NCBI RefSeq assembly: GCF_006345805.1
Contig: NC_043015.1
Coordinates: forward strand, 6,572,001-6,636,000
Origin: Octopus sinensis
Taxonomy: Eukaryota
Reading direction: 5' to 3'
DNA length: 64,000 bases
Below are positions 1 to 12,710 of the stretch, piece after piece; the first letter of the stretch is position 1, and every line of letters starts with the position of its first letter. The translations under genes and the position numbers were made by a program. Under the pieces are notes generated by a model, which was not told the DNA's origin, did not search any database, and saw only the letters and a list, made by a program, of their open reading frames with translations.

Positions 1-1459
1 AATTTAATACAAACTAACAATGTTTATTTGAAAGAAAGCCTAATGAGAAAGCTGTACATGGTTGTCATTACACCTGCTAAAAATAGTGCAAATTTATCCT
101 CGTATGGCTGTGATCAGCATTTAGTCTTTAGAAAATTTGTAGGACATCTTGATTCACAGAAACAGATTCGGGGTTTTGATTGCAGGAATATCTTTAGATT
201 CAAGTCTCTCGCATCAGAACCAAAAGCACAATTTTGTCCTAAGTCTTGAAGATAGAGAGAATAAAAAAAGGAAGAAAGAGGGAGAGGAGTGGGCTATACG
301 GTTCATTAATGTGTTTGCGGGTTCCCTGGCTAAATGCAACAACAAAAGCTTTTTATGGTTATGAACATATTCCTTTTTTGCACCCTGAACTGAAACCCCA
401 TCGCTTTCGGTTTTAGTTTTATATACTTTCGGAAAATCACTTATTTGAAAGTTGCTGACGGCGACACCGTACAAAGTGGTTCAAATGCCCTTAAAATCGT
501 ACTCTATTGTTTAAAATTCTCAGAAATAAATTAAGACTAAATGATCACATCTGAAACAATATTGATCCTAAATATGTTCTCTCCGACCTGGTGGAGACTT
601 AACAACAAGACGCCAACATTACCTGTCAAAAATATCATTGTCCTTGGCACCAAGAACAAGGAGCAATACAAATTTCTTTTAGCATCGGATTTTCGACGAC
701 AGAAATATTGAATACAGCTGAATAGGGCTACAAACAATGCTGAAAACGTGCATTGTTTTTAAGTTTTCGCCAGTTAATTATAATTTGTTTATATTTTTAA
801 TGTTATTTAATATTTTTTTCCTTGTTACAGGTACAGCGGCCATGCTAGGACACAGCATTGGATTTTGTTTTACTTTTCTCTCTTGCTTTTAATTTATCAT
901 TTAATTATGCTTTCGAATATATCGCCTCTAGAACGTTTCTTTGATTTGTGCATAAGACCGGATTCATGATAGAATTAAGAGAGCGTCCGACAAAATGCAT
1001 GTTCGAATCACATCGAGTTCGATTTTAACTTCCATATTTCCTAACTTCTGAAAATAAGCAGCCGATGTTTGCATATTCTTTAAATTTAATCGTCTGCATC
1101 TTACATCGAAATGTCTAACTTTGTAACTAATTCAAATTTCAAATTGGTTGGAGTACAGGAGAATCAGACTTGCTGAATCGGCATAGATTTGTACAAGTCG
1201 CTCTCGATATAAACTTACGTTCCACGCAAGAGTTAAAATCAAGGCTATTCTGGTGATAAACAACGTTATCATTAACATCACCAAAAGCAGCAATGCCACA
1301 ATCGGAAATTAACAACAGCTTCCTTTATTAGTAAGTACAAGGAGTGTACTGGGATCTCAAATAATATCCTCTCCCACATCCGATGCACAATTATGGCTGT
1401 GAGCTATGCACGAAATTCAATTATATTAGACACAGCAGTAACAGCAAGGTATCGAATTA

Positions 1460-1568
1460 GCGGAGGTAGTGTGAATGATGGATAGAATACGCTACGATAT
1501 TCGTACCTAGCCGTTGGTCTCCGAGTTCAAATCTTACCGACGTCAACTAATGTTCGTCATTCTAAAGA

Positions 1569-1570
<2 letters not shown>
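1460..1570 (+). mobile_element. Degenerate family B SINE head fragment
   Basis: CCGAGTTCAAATCTTACCGACGTCAACT resembles the B-box region (CTGAGTTCAAATTCC) of the family B copies at 4425-4776 and 5059-5277. Confidence 0.5.
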
Positions 1571-1602
<32 letters not shown>

Positions 1603-2286
1603 TCCCGTCCATGGCTTTATTCCCTTTATGCGTTGCACTTGTATTCCAAATGTCACGTTCATTACACAAGAAACTGAGTTCAGAATAACTGTGCTTGTAG
1701 ACAACTTAGTTATTTAATCTAAAATTTCATGTGTATGTATCCTGTTCAACGTGCAGTCAAATGCATATCATCAAGATTGCCGGAAAATCCACCAGTTGAG
1801 CATTTTTGTTACCGTGTTTTCCCCAAGGCAGTCCTGGTTGAGTAAATTTACTAACAACAGGCCTTACATCAGTGCTATTCTGTTATATTTTTTCTGACTG
1901 AAACTATATAGCCCTTCCTTAATTAATGAATGAATCCTTTCTTTATATTGTAATATATTAAATTAAATAGGAAATTATATTAAGAGAGTAACTGGAGGGA
2001 AATGTTCCTAACTGCTCCTTAGATCTTCCCGTATTGGCTGACAATAATTATAACAAGAGTTTTAGAAGCAGTAGTTAATTAATTCCTAGTAAGCTCTGAT
2101 CGAGTAAACCTGCGATCATAAACGATCCGACAGTGACATTTCCAACTTATTATCTTTTTCTCTGTTTCCTAATACGGTGCATCCGGTGCGCGCCTCGGCA
2201 TTTAAGATGTCACGGTGCGATTTTAGAAATATACTTGCCATAACGATCATAACAAGCGACCGGGTAGGGGCTCCATTATTGCTCGG

Positions 2287-2297
2287 TAGTAGTAGTA

Positions 2298-2342
<45 letters not shown>

Positions 2343-2709
2343 CAGCAGCAGCAGCAACAACAAAAGCAACAGTAGCAGGTGGAGCAGTTGTAGTAGTACT
2401 AGTAGTAGTAGCAGCAGCAGCAACAACAACAGCAACAGTAGCAGCTGGAGTAGTAGTAGTAGTAGTAGTAGTAGTAGAAATATGATGAAGTCTTTCCAGC
2501 CGCGACCATTCAGTATTTCCCCCTTGTGCGGAGAATCCAGAACAAATTCTTAGTAACGTTTAATTTATTTTCTGTTAAAATGATGCGATGTTATTTCAGG
2601 GAGATTTGACTGTTATTTCTAGCATGTCATGCGATTGGTCACAGGCTTCGCCGGTGTCAACTAGCTCGCTAGTTTGTAATGGTGGAGGTGGTGATGATTG
2701 TAGTAGAAA

Positions 2710-2775
<66 letters not shown>

Positions 2776-2928
2776 ATGAAGCAGAAGTGGAAGGTGAGAA
2801 GAAAGTAGAAGAAAAGAAGAAGAAAAAGAAAAGAGGAACGAAAAGAAAGAAGAAAAAGGAGAAAGAAGAAGAGGAAAAAGAAAAGAGAAGGAAAAGAAGA
2901 AGAAAAAGAAAAAGAAAAAGAAGAAGAA

Positions 2929-2959
<31 letters not shown>

Positions 2960-3890
2960 AAGAAGAAGAAGAAGAAGAAGAAGAAGAAGAAGAAGAAGAA
3001 GATAATGAAGATGAAGACAGAGAAAAAAGAAGAAAAAGAAGTAGCAGAAAGAAGAAGAGGAAGGAACGAAAGAAGGAGAAGAGGAAGAGGAAGAAAAGAA
3101 GAAGAAGACGAAGAAGAGAAAGAATAAGGAGACGAAGATGAGGAAGAAAAGAAAGAAAGAACAGGAAGAGAAAGAAGAGAAGAAAAGAATAAGTAAACGA
3201 AGAAACAAGAAGGAAAATAAGTAGAAAAACAAGAAGAAGAAGGAGGTGGAGGAGGAGGAGATAATGCTTTCCTTTATTGACCACAAGGGTGGAACACAAA
3301 AAGTAAGAAGAAACAGATGAACAACAACAACAACAACAACAACAACATCGGCAACAAAATTCATTCTTGAGACGAACACTAACTTGAAGTAATCTCAGAA
3401 AACTAATAATATTGGCTTATGGAATAGTAGTAGCACAGTAGAATAACTACTACTACTACTACTACTACAACTGATGCTGCCGCCACTACTACTACTACTA
3501 ATTCTACTACTACTACTACTATCACTACTACTACTATTACTACTACTACTACTACTAATGCTGCTGCTACAGATAGCGATGCCGATAGTAATAAATATGA
3601 TGACGAGGGTGATGATGATGATGGTCATCCTCAATGTCAACATCATCATCATCACCAACATCATCAAGATCACCATTATCATCATCATCATCCCCATCAT
3701 CATCATCACCATTATCATCAGTATTAACATCGTCATATGTTGTAGTGATGTAGCTACTATTACCACTGCTGATGCTGGTGGCGGTGCCGCTGGTTTTCCA
3801 GTATTATTGATTTCATATAGAGCAGAAAGAGAAACAGCAGCGGCAGCAGCAACAACAGCAGCATTAACAGCAGCAATGAGAGGAACATAA
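2287..3890. repeat. Compound trinucleotide microsatellite block: (TAG)n/(CAG)n, (GAA)n polypurine tract, (CAA)n, (CTA)n, (GAT)n/(CAT)n
   Basis: Directly visible. The (GAA)n-type purine tract runs about 2776-3255. It accounts for the poly-V/L/S/R/E ORFs in the track. Confidence 0.97.
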
Positions 3891-4180
3891 GCAGTAAAAG
3901 CAGTTAAGCTAAAGCTATAATTCCTTGTTGCTGTGGCAAACTACATGGAACCCGAGTTAACTGCATGACAAATTCGAGACTCTTATCCAACTTCGATCAC
4001 TGGCTTATGGAAATGTATTTCCTCTACAGCTACTTAGTTCCAGGCTCCATTCTGCTGCGAGGGTCACAAGAAATATGTCTTTTTTCCATACCCTCGGGTC
4101 AACCAAATCGTTGTGGATAAATATGGAATATATAAAATGTGTGAAGGGAATTAACTCATGCCCGACAGTGGCGAATATCT

Positions 4181-4939
4181 ACTCTTTTACTCTTTAAGTT
4201 GTGTTAGTCATTTGACTGCAGCCATACTGGAGGAGCACTACCTTTCGTCGAACAAATCAACTCCAGGACACATACTTTGCAAGCCTAGTAGTTAGTCTAT
4301 CGGACTCTGTGGCGGAACTGGTATGTTTACGGGAACGTAAACATACCAGCATCGGTTGTCATGTGATGGTGGCGGACCAAACACAGACACACAAACATAC
4401 ACACACACACATGACAGACTTCTTTTAATTATTTATTTCTTTACTGCCCACAAGGAGCTACCCCAGAGCGTAACTGGTACTTATTTAATCGATTCTGAAA
4501 GTATGAAAGCAAAGTTGACATCGGCGGAATTTGAACTCAGAATCTACCGGCAGACGAAATACAAATGGCTCAACACAGAGAGGACAAACAAGGACAGACA
4601 AACGGATTAAGTCGATTATATCGACCCCAGTGCGTAACTGATACTTATTTAATCGATCCCGAAAGGATGAAAGGCAAAGTCGACCTTGGTGGAATTTGAA
4701 CTCAGAACGTAGCGGCAGACGAAATACGGCTAATTATTTCGCCCGGTGTGCTAACGTTTCTGCCAGCTCGCCGCCTCAGTCTTCTTACAGTTTCTGTCTA
4801 ACAAATCCACTCACAAGGTATTGATCGGCCCGAAGCTATAGTGGAAGACACTAGCTCGAGCTGCCACGCAGCGCGACTGAACCCGAGACCATGTGGTTGG
4901 TAAGCAAGCGGCTTACCATACAGCCACTTCTGCGCCTAT
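4181..4939 (-). mobile_element. SINE family A (tRNA head, CORE-like box, internal microsatellite, CR1-like tail), interrupted by a nested family B SINE
   Basis: Tail half at 4181-4414 and head half at 4787-4939 match the full copies at 6363-6773 and 49355-49798. Confidence 0.85.
4425..4776 (-). mobile_element. Family B tRNA-derived SINE (Meta-domain-like) with internal duplication, nested in SINE A
   Basis: Reverse-complement B-box GGAATTTGAACTCAG occurs twice, with core ACTGGTACTTATTTAATCGA..CCGAAAGGATGAAAGGCAAAGTCGAC. Flanked by CAGACTTCTT (4415-4424) and CAGTCTTCTT (4777-4786) as a likely TSD. The Meta-SINE assignment is from memory. Confidence 0.85.
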
Positions 4940-5058
4940 GCCACTCAGATATATAGAGGGAGTGTGTAATGTAGGAAATGACGAACGCTAAAAATACTTA
5001 ACGGATTTGATAATCCTTTTGTTTTTGTGGACACGTGGAGTCTCTATCGGTCAATATT

Positions 5059-5277
5059 AGTTTCAAATTTTGGCACAAGGCCAGACGTTTTGTAAAGGGG
5101 CCAAGTCAATTGAATCGATGTCATTGCTCAACTGGTACTTATTTCATCGATCCCGAAAATATGAAAAGCAAAGTCAATTTCAGCGGAATTTGAACTCAGA
5201 ACGTAGAGACAAAACGAAATACCGCTAAGCACCTTGCCCGACGTGCTAATGAATCGGCCAGCTCACCGCCTTTTCCT
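5059..5277 (-). mobile_element. Family B SINE (B2 tail variant) with 12-bp target-site duplication
   Basis: Same core as 4425-4776. Exact direct repeat TCGGTCAATATT at 5047-5058 and 5278-5289. Confidence 0.9.
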
Positions 5278-5302
5278 TCGGTCAATATTGATAACGTATC
5301 CT

Positions 5303-5490
5303 AGGTGGTAAACCAGCAGAATCGTTGCCTCCCTGGGGAAAATGGTTAGCGGGACTTCTTCCGACTTTACGCCGGGATCGACCTCTGCGTTTCGTCATTT
5401 CGCAGTCGATAAAATAAGAACCAATCGAGCACTGTTTCAATGTAATCTATTCCCGAAATTGCTGGCTTTGTATCAAAATCCGAAATCAAT
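5303..5490 (+). mobile_element. Degenerate family B2 SINE, inverted relative to 5059-5277
   Basis: GTCGATAAAATAAGAACCA and AAATTGCTGGCTTTGTATCAAAAT match the reverse complement of the neighbouring copies. The B-box segment appears deleted. Confidence 0.7.
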
Positions 5491-6362
5491 ATACATAATA
5501 TATCTTCACATATATCTTCAGATCGAGTCGAAATTTGCAAACCACCCGTCATAATAATTTCAGTTTTTATTCAACCGAAATAATCTCACCGCCTCGGACT
5601 GACACAGCTTTTCTAATAATGCCGTCATTGCTGTCAGAAGACAAAGAGCCAGCATAGATATCTCAAGATGGCGCGCCCGACCAGCAACTAATTCCTCCAG
5701 TCTACTGCGAAAGGGTGAAATACAAAATTTACCTTGATGAGATTTCAACACAAAGTGTAGGATGGAACCAGCATTTGAGTTATTGCATCCAGCATTTTAA
5801 CGACTCAACTAATTCACTGATTATCTGTAAACATAGAGCATTAATTAAACCCTCTCGCACGCACGTACGCACACACACATCATAAATGTGGTAATTTTCT
5901 TTAACATCACTCAAAGAAAAGAGGTCACTTCAAAACTTAATGAATTGAACATGTGTAAACGAAAATTTGACCACTGTTTTTATTTGCACATAAGAAGACA
6001 ACTATTGGCATATTACAATCTTATTAGGTCTCATCAGCTTAACGTAGTATACGTATGCTTCCTTTGATTAACTGAGAGTAGTTTTAGAAACGGACAAGCA
6101 AGGATCTGAACCAAATCTGGAGTAGTCTCAATTTTTATAGATCTACAGATGTTCTAAGGAAAACAAACAACTGAAGTATTCCCATTATTTTTGAATGGGT
6201 TTGCAAATGTGTTAAGCCAAAACTGTTGAACCTCCAGTGGCTATTCTCCATTTCCAATGATTACAAATAAAGAATGATCTCAGGGGAAATAACTCAAATG
6301 GATGAAGCACATGCTTGCAATATTTCGATCCGTATTGGCCAAAGATTTCTTTTTCTCTCTCT

Positions 6363-6773
6363 TTCTCTTTTACTTGTTTCAGTCATTTGACTGCGGCCAT
6401 ACTGGAGCACCGCCTTTAGTCCAGCAAATCGACCCCAGGACTTATTCTTTTAAAGCCTAGTACTTATTCTATTGGTCTCTTTTGCTGAACCGCTAAGTTA
6501 CGCGGACGAAAACACACCACCATCGGTTGTCAGGCGATGTTGGGGGGGGGGGGCAAACACGGGACACAATCATATACACACATACATACATATATGTATA
6601 CATATATACGGCGGGCTTCTTTAAGTTTCCGTCTACCAAATCCACTCACAAGGATTTGGTCGTCCCGAGGCTATAGTAGAAGACACTTGCCCAAGGTGCC
6701 ACGCAGTGGGAATGAATCCGGAACCATGTGTTTGGTAAGCAATATACTTACCATACAGCCACTCCTGCGCCTA
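6363..6773 (-). mobile_element. Full-length SINE family A
   Basis: On the minus strand: head GGAGTGGCTGTATGGTAAG, CORE-like GGCACCTTGGGCAAGTGTCTT, central TA/CA linker, tail GGCGGTGCTCCAGTATGGCCGCAGTCAAATGACTGAAAC. Confidence 0.92.
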
Positions 6774-6779
6774 TGACAG

Positions 6780-7700
6780 ATAATAAATCTTCCTAATTCT
6801 ATCTCTCCCCAGTTGGTTGACAGACTTTTCAGTCCTGTTATTTGCTCTTCTTACTGCATTATCCCTTACCCTAATCTTAACCCATCTCCTGCGAATATTC
6901 GTTCCCTGCCCTCTCTTCTCGTCCTTCGACTCAAAACCTGTGACAATGTATATTGTGCGATATTCCGGTGCGTAGAATGTGCCTTGGAAATCTTCTTCTC
7001 TCTTTCCTAATGTCCTGTATTTCCTCAAAACCAGCTCCTATCCTTATTTCTTTATTTTTAATGCAATCGTTTCTAGCAACTCCCAGTATTCTCCGGCTGC
7101 ATTGCCAGCTCACTGCATATGCTGGCTGTAATTTATCATGTTTTCCGTGCATATATAGCTGTTGGAATTACGATGGAGATGTAGAAACGGAACTCAACAG
7201 CATTGCTGGCGGATTGTTTGTGCCAACAAAACCATCAACATGTATTTCATCTACCTGAAGTAAGAAAATAAACAACATCCTCGAACATGCCAACTAACTA
7301 TATTCCTTGCACTACTATCTGCCCAAATTTGGCTTCATTCCGAATAAAAAGAAATCAATAACTCTTCTATACGAGAAGTTTTACTGCTTTCATTCCCCTC
7401 TCTCTGCTCTTCTCTTCTCTTCTCTTCTCCTTCTCTCCTACCTTTAAACAGACTAGTAAAGATTTAACGGTTTCAAGTTAACTCTTTTCCGGCAATATCC
7501 AAATACTTAATTGGATTAACAGAATCAGGATGCTTCATAAAATCTGATATTGACTTCAATATTTCGCATTTTGTTTTAAACAGATGAGAGAAACGAAAGC
7601 GGTTCATACCAAGTGCTTAGTGTCTCTCCGGATATTTCTGGCATTAAACTGATGAGAGAGGTTCCATTACATTATTGTTTTTCTTTTTAATACGACCAGT
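6780..7700 (-). mobile_element. Degenerate RTE-clade LINE, RT C-terminal region
   Basis: Frameshifted minus-strand translation gives SIVIPTAIYARKT* (cf. SIVxPTxLYGxETW) and CSRRILGVARNDCIKNKEIR...RRRFPRHILR (cf. CLRRILGxxWxDxxxNEEVR...WxGHILR). The upstream boundary is uncertain. Confidence 0.75.
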
Positions 7701-8494
7701 TATTTCCGTATCTTCATAGATTTAAGCGCATTAGGGAAAACCAAACGTGTTCGCTCTTTGCAATCGGTATCGAAATCCGGATTTTTGTTATCATTAAGAG
7801 GATTAGAACATATGCTTACCCAACGTTAACTTCTTATTCAGACTGGTTAATTCAGAAAAGTTCAGTTAAATTGATTATTCATGGATGTAGTAATAATAAT
7901 TCTTCCACCGGATTCAATGAAATAAATGAACTACGATGTTATTTTCATTGCGCAACAGATCCTATTCATGTTAACATTGACAATGTCTGGTGATTCAGTG
8001 GAAGCATTGAATCATATTAAACATGCTTGATTGATCGATTGTCATTATATAGACAAAGTGAGGGAGCCTTCACACGGTCGATCAACTCTAAAAATAGTAC
8101 ATGAATCGCCCTCAAATTTCACCCACTCGTCTTAAAATAGAGCGTTGGAGAATATTAACAGATATATATATATATACTCTGATTAACATGATTAGCATAG
8201 CAAGGATGTATTTGAGAATAGACTTACTCGATCAGAATCGCCGTAGACCTTGACATAAACATCAACAACAATAGCAACATCAAAGACAATGACATCCACA
8301 GTATCTCATTTAAGTAATACCAGTAACAGTACCCGGTCTTTCCCGAAATTACAAATGCATAACATAGATATAATCAGAGAATTTCACAGTTATTTTGGAC
8401 AAATTACGATATCAATTTTCAATTAATTGTCCACTATCAATTCAGTCACAATGATTGGATCTATGAATTAGAAAATGGTTTAAATTGATTTTCA

Positions 8495-8668
8495 TAATAT
8501 CGGATTCAAGTTTTGATACAAGGCCAGCAATGTCGAGATAGGGGATAAGGCGATTATATCGACCCCAGTGCTCAACTGGTACTTATTTTCTCGGCCCCGG
8601 AAGGACGAAATGCAAAATCGAGTCCACGGAATTTGAACTTGGATGGTTAAGACGGAGGAAATGTCACT
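8495..8668 (-). mobile_element. Family B2 SINE, head-truncated
   Basis: ATCGACCCCAGTGCTCAACTGGTACTTATTT core and GGAATTTGAAC reverse B-box. Confidence 0.8.
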
Positions 8669-9070
8669 AAGGCGTAGGAGTGGTTTTGTGGTAAGTAGCT
8701 TGCTTACGAACAAAATGGTTCCGGGTTCAGTCCTACTGCGTGGCACCTTGGGCAAGTGTCTTCTGCTATAGCCTTGGGCAGATCAAATCCTTGTGAGTGG
8801 ATTTGGTAGACAGAAACTGATAGAAGCCCGTCGTATATATATATATATATAATTATGTGTGTATATGTTTGTGTGTCTGTGTTTGTCTCACCAACATCGC
8901 ATGACCACCGATGCTGGACTGTTTACGTCCCCGTAACTTAGCGGTTCGACACAAGAGACGATAGAATAAGTACAAGGCTTACAAAGAATAAGTCCTGGGG
9001 TCGATTTGCTCGACTAAAAGCGGTGCTACGGTATGGCCACATTCAAATGACTGAAACAAGGAAAAGAGTA
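8669..9070 (+). mobile_element. Full-length SINE family A
   Basis: GGTTCAGTCC B-box, GGCACCTTGGGCAAGTGTCTT, (TA)n linker at 8833-8852, tail ending ATGACTGAAACAAG. Confidence 0.92.
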
Positions 9071-10003
9071 AGCATATTGCCCGGCATGCTAATGAGTCTG
9101 ATTTCGCGCCGCCATATTGAATTTCATAATATTGCACAAATAAATAAAAAACAAATGCTTTATCTTTTATTTGTTTTAATCGTTGGAATTCCAAGATGTT
9201 CGAGCACTGCGATGGAGGGTTTCCTTCGAACAAATTGGCCGCTGAGTATATTTTTCTTCATGTACTTATTATATCAAACACCAGTGCTGAAACAGCTAAG
9301 TAACAGAGATACAAACAAACAGATGTTGACAAACGGTGGTGATGTGGGAAACACACGGGCACACACGTACATACATATTTCAATAATTCAACCCCTGCAC
9401 ATATTTAAAATTGCACATCAGCCGCTTCATCTTTGACTCACAAAGTCTTAACTAAATATTATCTCTGGCAATATGCTGCTCTAAATGTCAAGTGCTTGTA
9501 TTTTTCTTTGACCAGAAAAAAACTCTGCATTTCAGGAAGAAATATATCTCATATTCCTGATCTTCCATGAGGTGTTAGAGGAATAAATGAAGTAAAACTT
9601 CCAGTAATATATTAAAATAAAACACGATGAAAACTAGCCTGTGGTTTTATTCTGGTTTATTTCTTAACACAGTAAATTCTGCACCCAGAAAATTCTGTAA
9701 GCCAACAACAGATACAAAAAAAAAAAAAAAAAAAAAAAAAGCACTCACATCTACGCACACACACATACACCTATGTGCCAGTGGGTCTGAATGGTTATGG
9801 GTAAATTTCGTTAGTATATATCGGAGGGAAAAACATAAATTAGCGGATTTTTACAAACGGAAACCTTGAGATATTTGTTCTGCAGCGTGTTAGAAACAAC
9901 CCCTTGTCACGCTTATCATCAAAAACACACTCCACTAGAAAGTTCACGTTGGAAACCAGTAACGAATAACCTTATCTGTCATCCGTTGCAATATACAACA
10001 TAT

Positions 10004-10069
<66 letters not shown>

Positions 10070-10280
10070 ATGTGCCATGTTCTTTGACAGATTGCATGTG
10101 ATACATGAATGCCTGCAATATTGTAATAGGTTAAGAGAGACAGCTCCACTTAGTATAATTTGTTCGTGAAATCCATCCAAACACTCGTCAAGAAAACGCA
10201 CTAAAATGTACTGTGAAACGTAGAAGCCGTGATAATATGAGAGCAAAGATATCATATATATATGTACATCTCTCTCTAAT

Positions 10281-10350
<70 letters not shown>

Positions 10351-11045
10351 TATGAAGAGACAGAGAGAGAAGAGGGACGTAGAGAGAAAGAAAGGAAGAA
10401 AGTAAGAAAGAAAGGAAAGAAAGAAAGTAGAAGAAAGCGAACAAATAAATATCTGAGCGACTTCAGCCGAAATCTAAAACCAAGAGCTTACATTCCGTTA
10501 CATTCTGTGAGTCGTGATATAAGCTTACCCCGAGGGCTTTGCAATTACACATACTTACCATAGGCATACACATATTCCCATTCACCTTCTACACATGTAG
10601 AGAATAATATATGGTGTTAAACACGAGCTATTCGCACAAATATATTTATTCAGGCGTTCGCTTTTGCTCACGTATACATAGATACATTCATAACTATATA
10701 CATACATATATGCATATATATACATACATATATACATACAAGGGCGTGTGGATATATGTGTGTAATATTCTACTTGATTGCTTCTATCAATGCTTGGATG
10801 TTTAGAACCGAAATGTAAGCTAAGATTTCAGTACATCGTAGACTAAGGAATAAACCAAAGAAATTTTCAGACATTCGCATATAATCATTTAAATGCCACA
10901 CCTTCGGCAAATACACATATTTACATAGAACCAATCATGTATGTACGTAGATGTATACACAAACACACAAATACACTCGTGCACTCTCAGGAATACATAT
11001 GTATGTTTGTGTGTGTCTATGAGTATGTGTGTGTGTGTGTACACG

Positions 11046-11076
<31 letters not shown>

Positions 11077-11235
11077 TATATATATGCAATCATTAGCTTT
11101 GAGCGCAAGAAACACCACTACATGTATCAAATACTATTCTGTACACATTAATGCGTATTTGTGTATACGTGTTTCCACGCATACATGCACACACTTGTAT
11201 GTATGTATATAAATATATATGAAGAGAGTGTGATG

Positions 11236-11329
<94 letters not shown>

Positions 11330-12462
11330 TATGTATATATACTTATATGCATGCGAATGTATGTAAGTGTGTAATCTTGTGTACTATAAGACATGCGTGA
11401 ATTAAATTATAAATTCGTACATATGAAAGCGCTTACAGATATATGCATACACACAAATATATACATACGTAGAGATGGATTGAAACAGAGAGAGAGGGAG
11501 AGGGGGAAGAGAGACATGCAAATTCAGACACATAGGTATATTTATGTATTTAACATATATACAAGCCAACTTTTTGCGTGTAGACCAGATTAGGTTGTTA
11601 TTATAATCTATGCTTTATGTAAGTAGTAAGGTCTGTGAGTTCTTTCTTCAAGAGGATAAGAACATGGAAAATATAGGAACGCATATATACATACCTACAT
11701 AAATTACATACATAATTATACACACACATACATATATATATCTACATTTATATATATATTTATGTATATGCAGAACTGCCTACCTATTTACTTAAATACG
11801 TACATACATACATATTCAAACATACCTGCATACGTATATCCATACACTCATACATACATGCCTACACATACACACTCATTCACAGATACATGCATACCTT
11901 CATATGTACATAGACGCATGCTTGATTGCAGATATAACAAGACTATATTCTGTAGTATTTTCTGCCTCATTTTCAGCGTATACTATTTACAGTTCGTTGA
12001 AGGGGGTTGGTGAGGTGCGTAACAAGTAATACAAAATCTCTCACAGTAAATCTGCAACGGATATTCTATTCATGCACAGTAACAGATATTCTTTTTCTGA
12101 TATATTTATTGATTTCTTACATTGAACTAGTCAAGAAATTTGTTGGGAAATATTACAGTTGACAGAATCGACCTCTGTATAATACGGCTGGCACTTATAT
12201 TTTATTGGAGGAAGAAATATAAAATATATATCAGCGGGATTTCTAGGTAGCCTGAAGGTCAGCGTTGTTAAAAACTCTCTTGGTTCCAAGTGCCAATTTC
12301 ATATGTATGAGAATACCTGGAGGCGCTTCAACGCCAAGGAAAACAATGATTCTCAAAATTTGCTAATACCTAAGCACACAAATGCAAATATGCACTGGTA
12401 ACACAGTTTTATAAATACATATACATTTCTATGTACATATACATACATACACACGCACACCA

Positions 12463-12512
<50 letters not shown>

Positions 12513-12619
12513 CATATATAAACTCACACACACACACATATATATATATATAGGGAGATAGAGCAAAGACGAAAAGCATCTATAGTTTCCAACTGAAGTT
12601 AATTCCATCGATCATAAGT

Positions 12620-12710
12620 ATAGGTGCAGAAATGGCTTTATTGCTAAGAAGTTCGATTCACAACAGCTTGGTTTCGGTTTTAGTCACCCCGGAGGCACTT
12701 TGGGCCAGTC
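12620..12710 (+). mobile_element. Highly degenerate SINE A head fragment
   Basis: ATAGGTGCAGAAATGGC...GGCACTTTGGGCCAG is colinear with the family A head. Confidence 0.5.

Noticed and set aside
1-1248. Possible minus-strand terminal exon (AATAAA near 23-28) and a spliced reading IALILTLAWN-PYSAVF resembling opsin TM6
   Set aside because: It depends on arbitrary splice choices, stops before any TM7/Lys, and several alternative frames are equally plausible.
10551-10560. ATACTTACC resembling the U1 snRNA 5' end
   Set aside because: Only 9 nt match. It is the reverse complement of a splice-donor motif and no U1 body follows.
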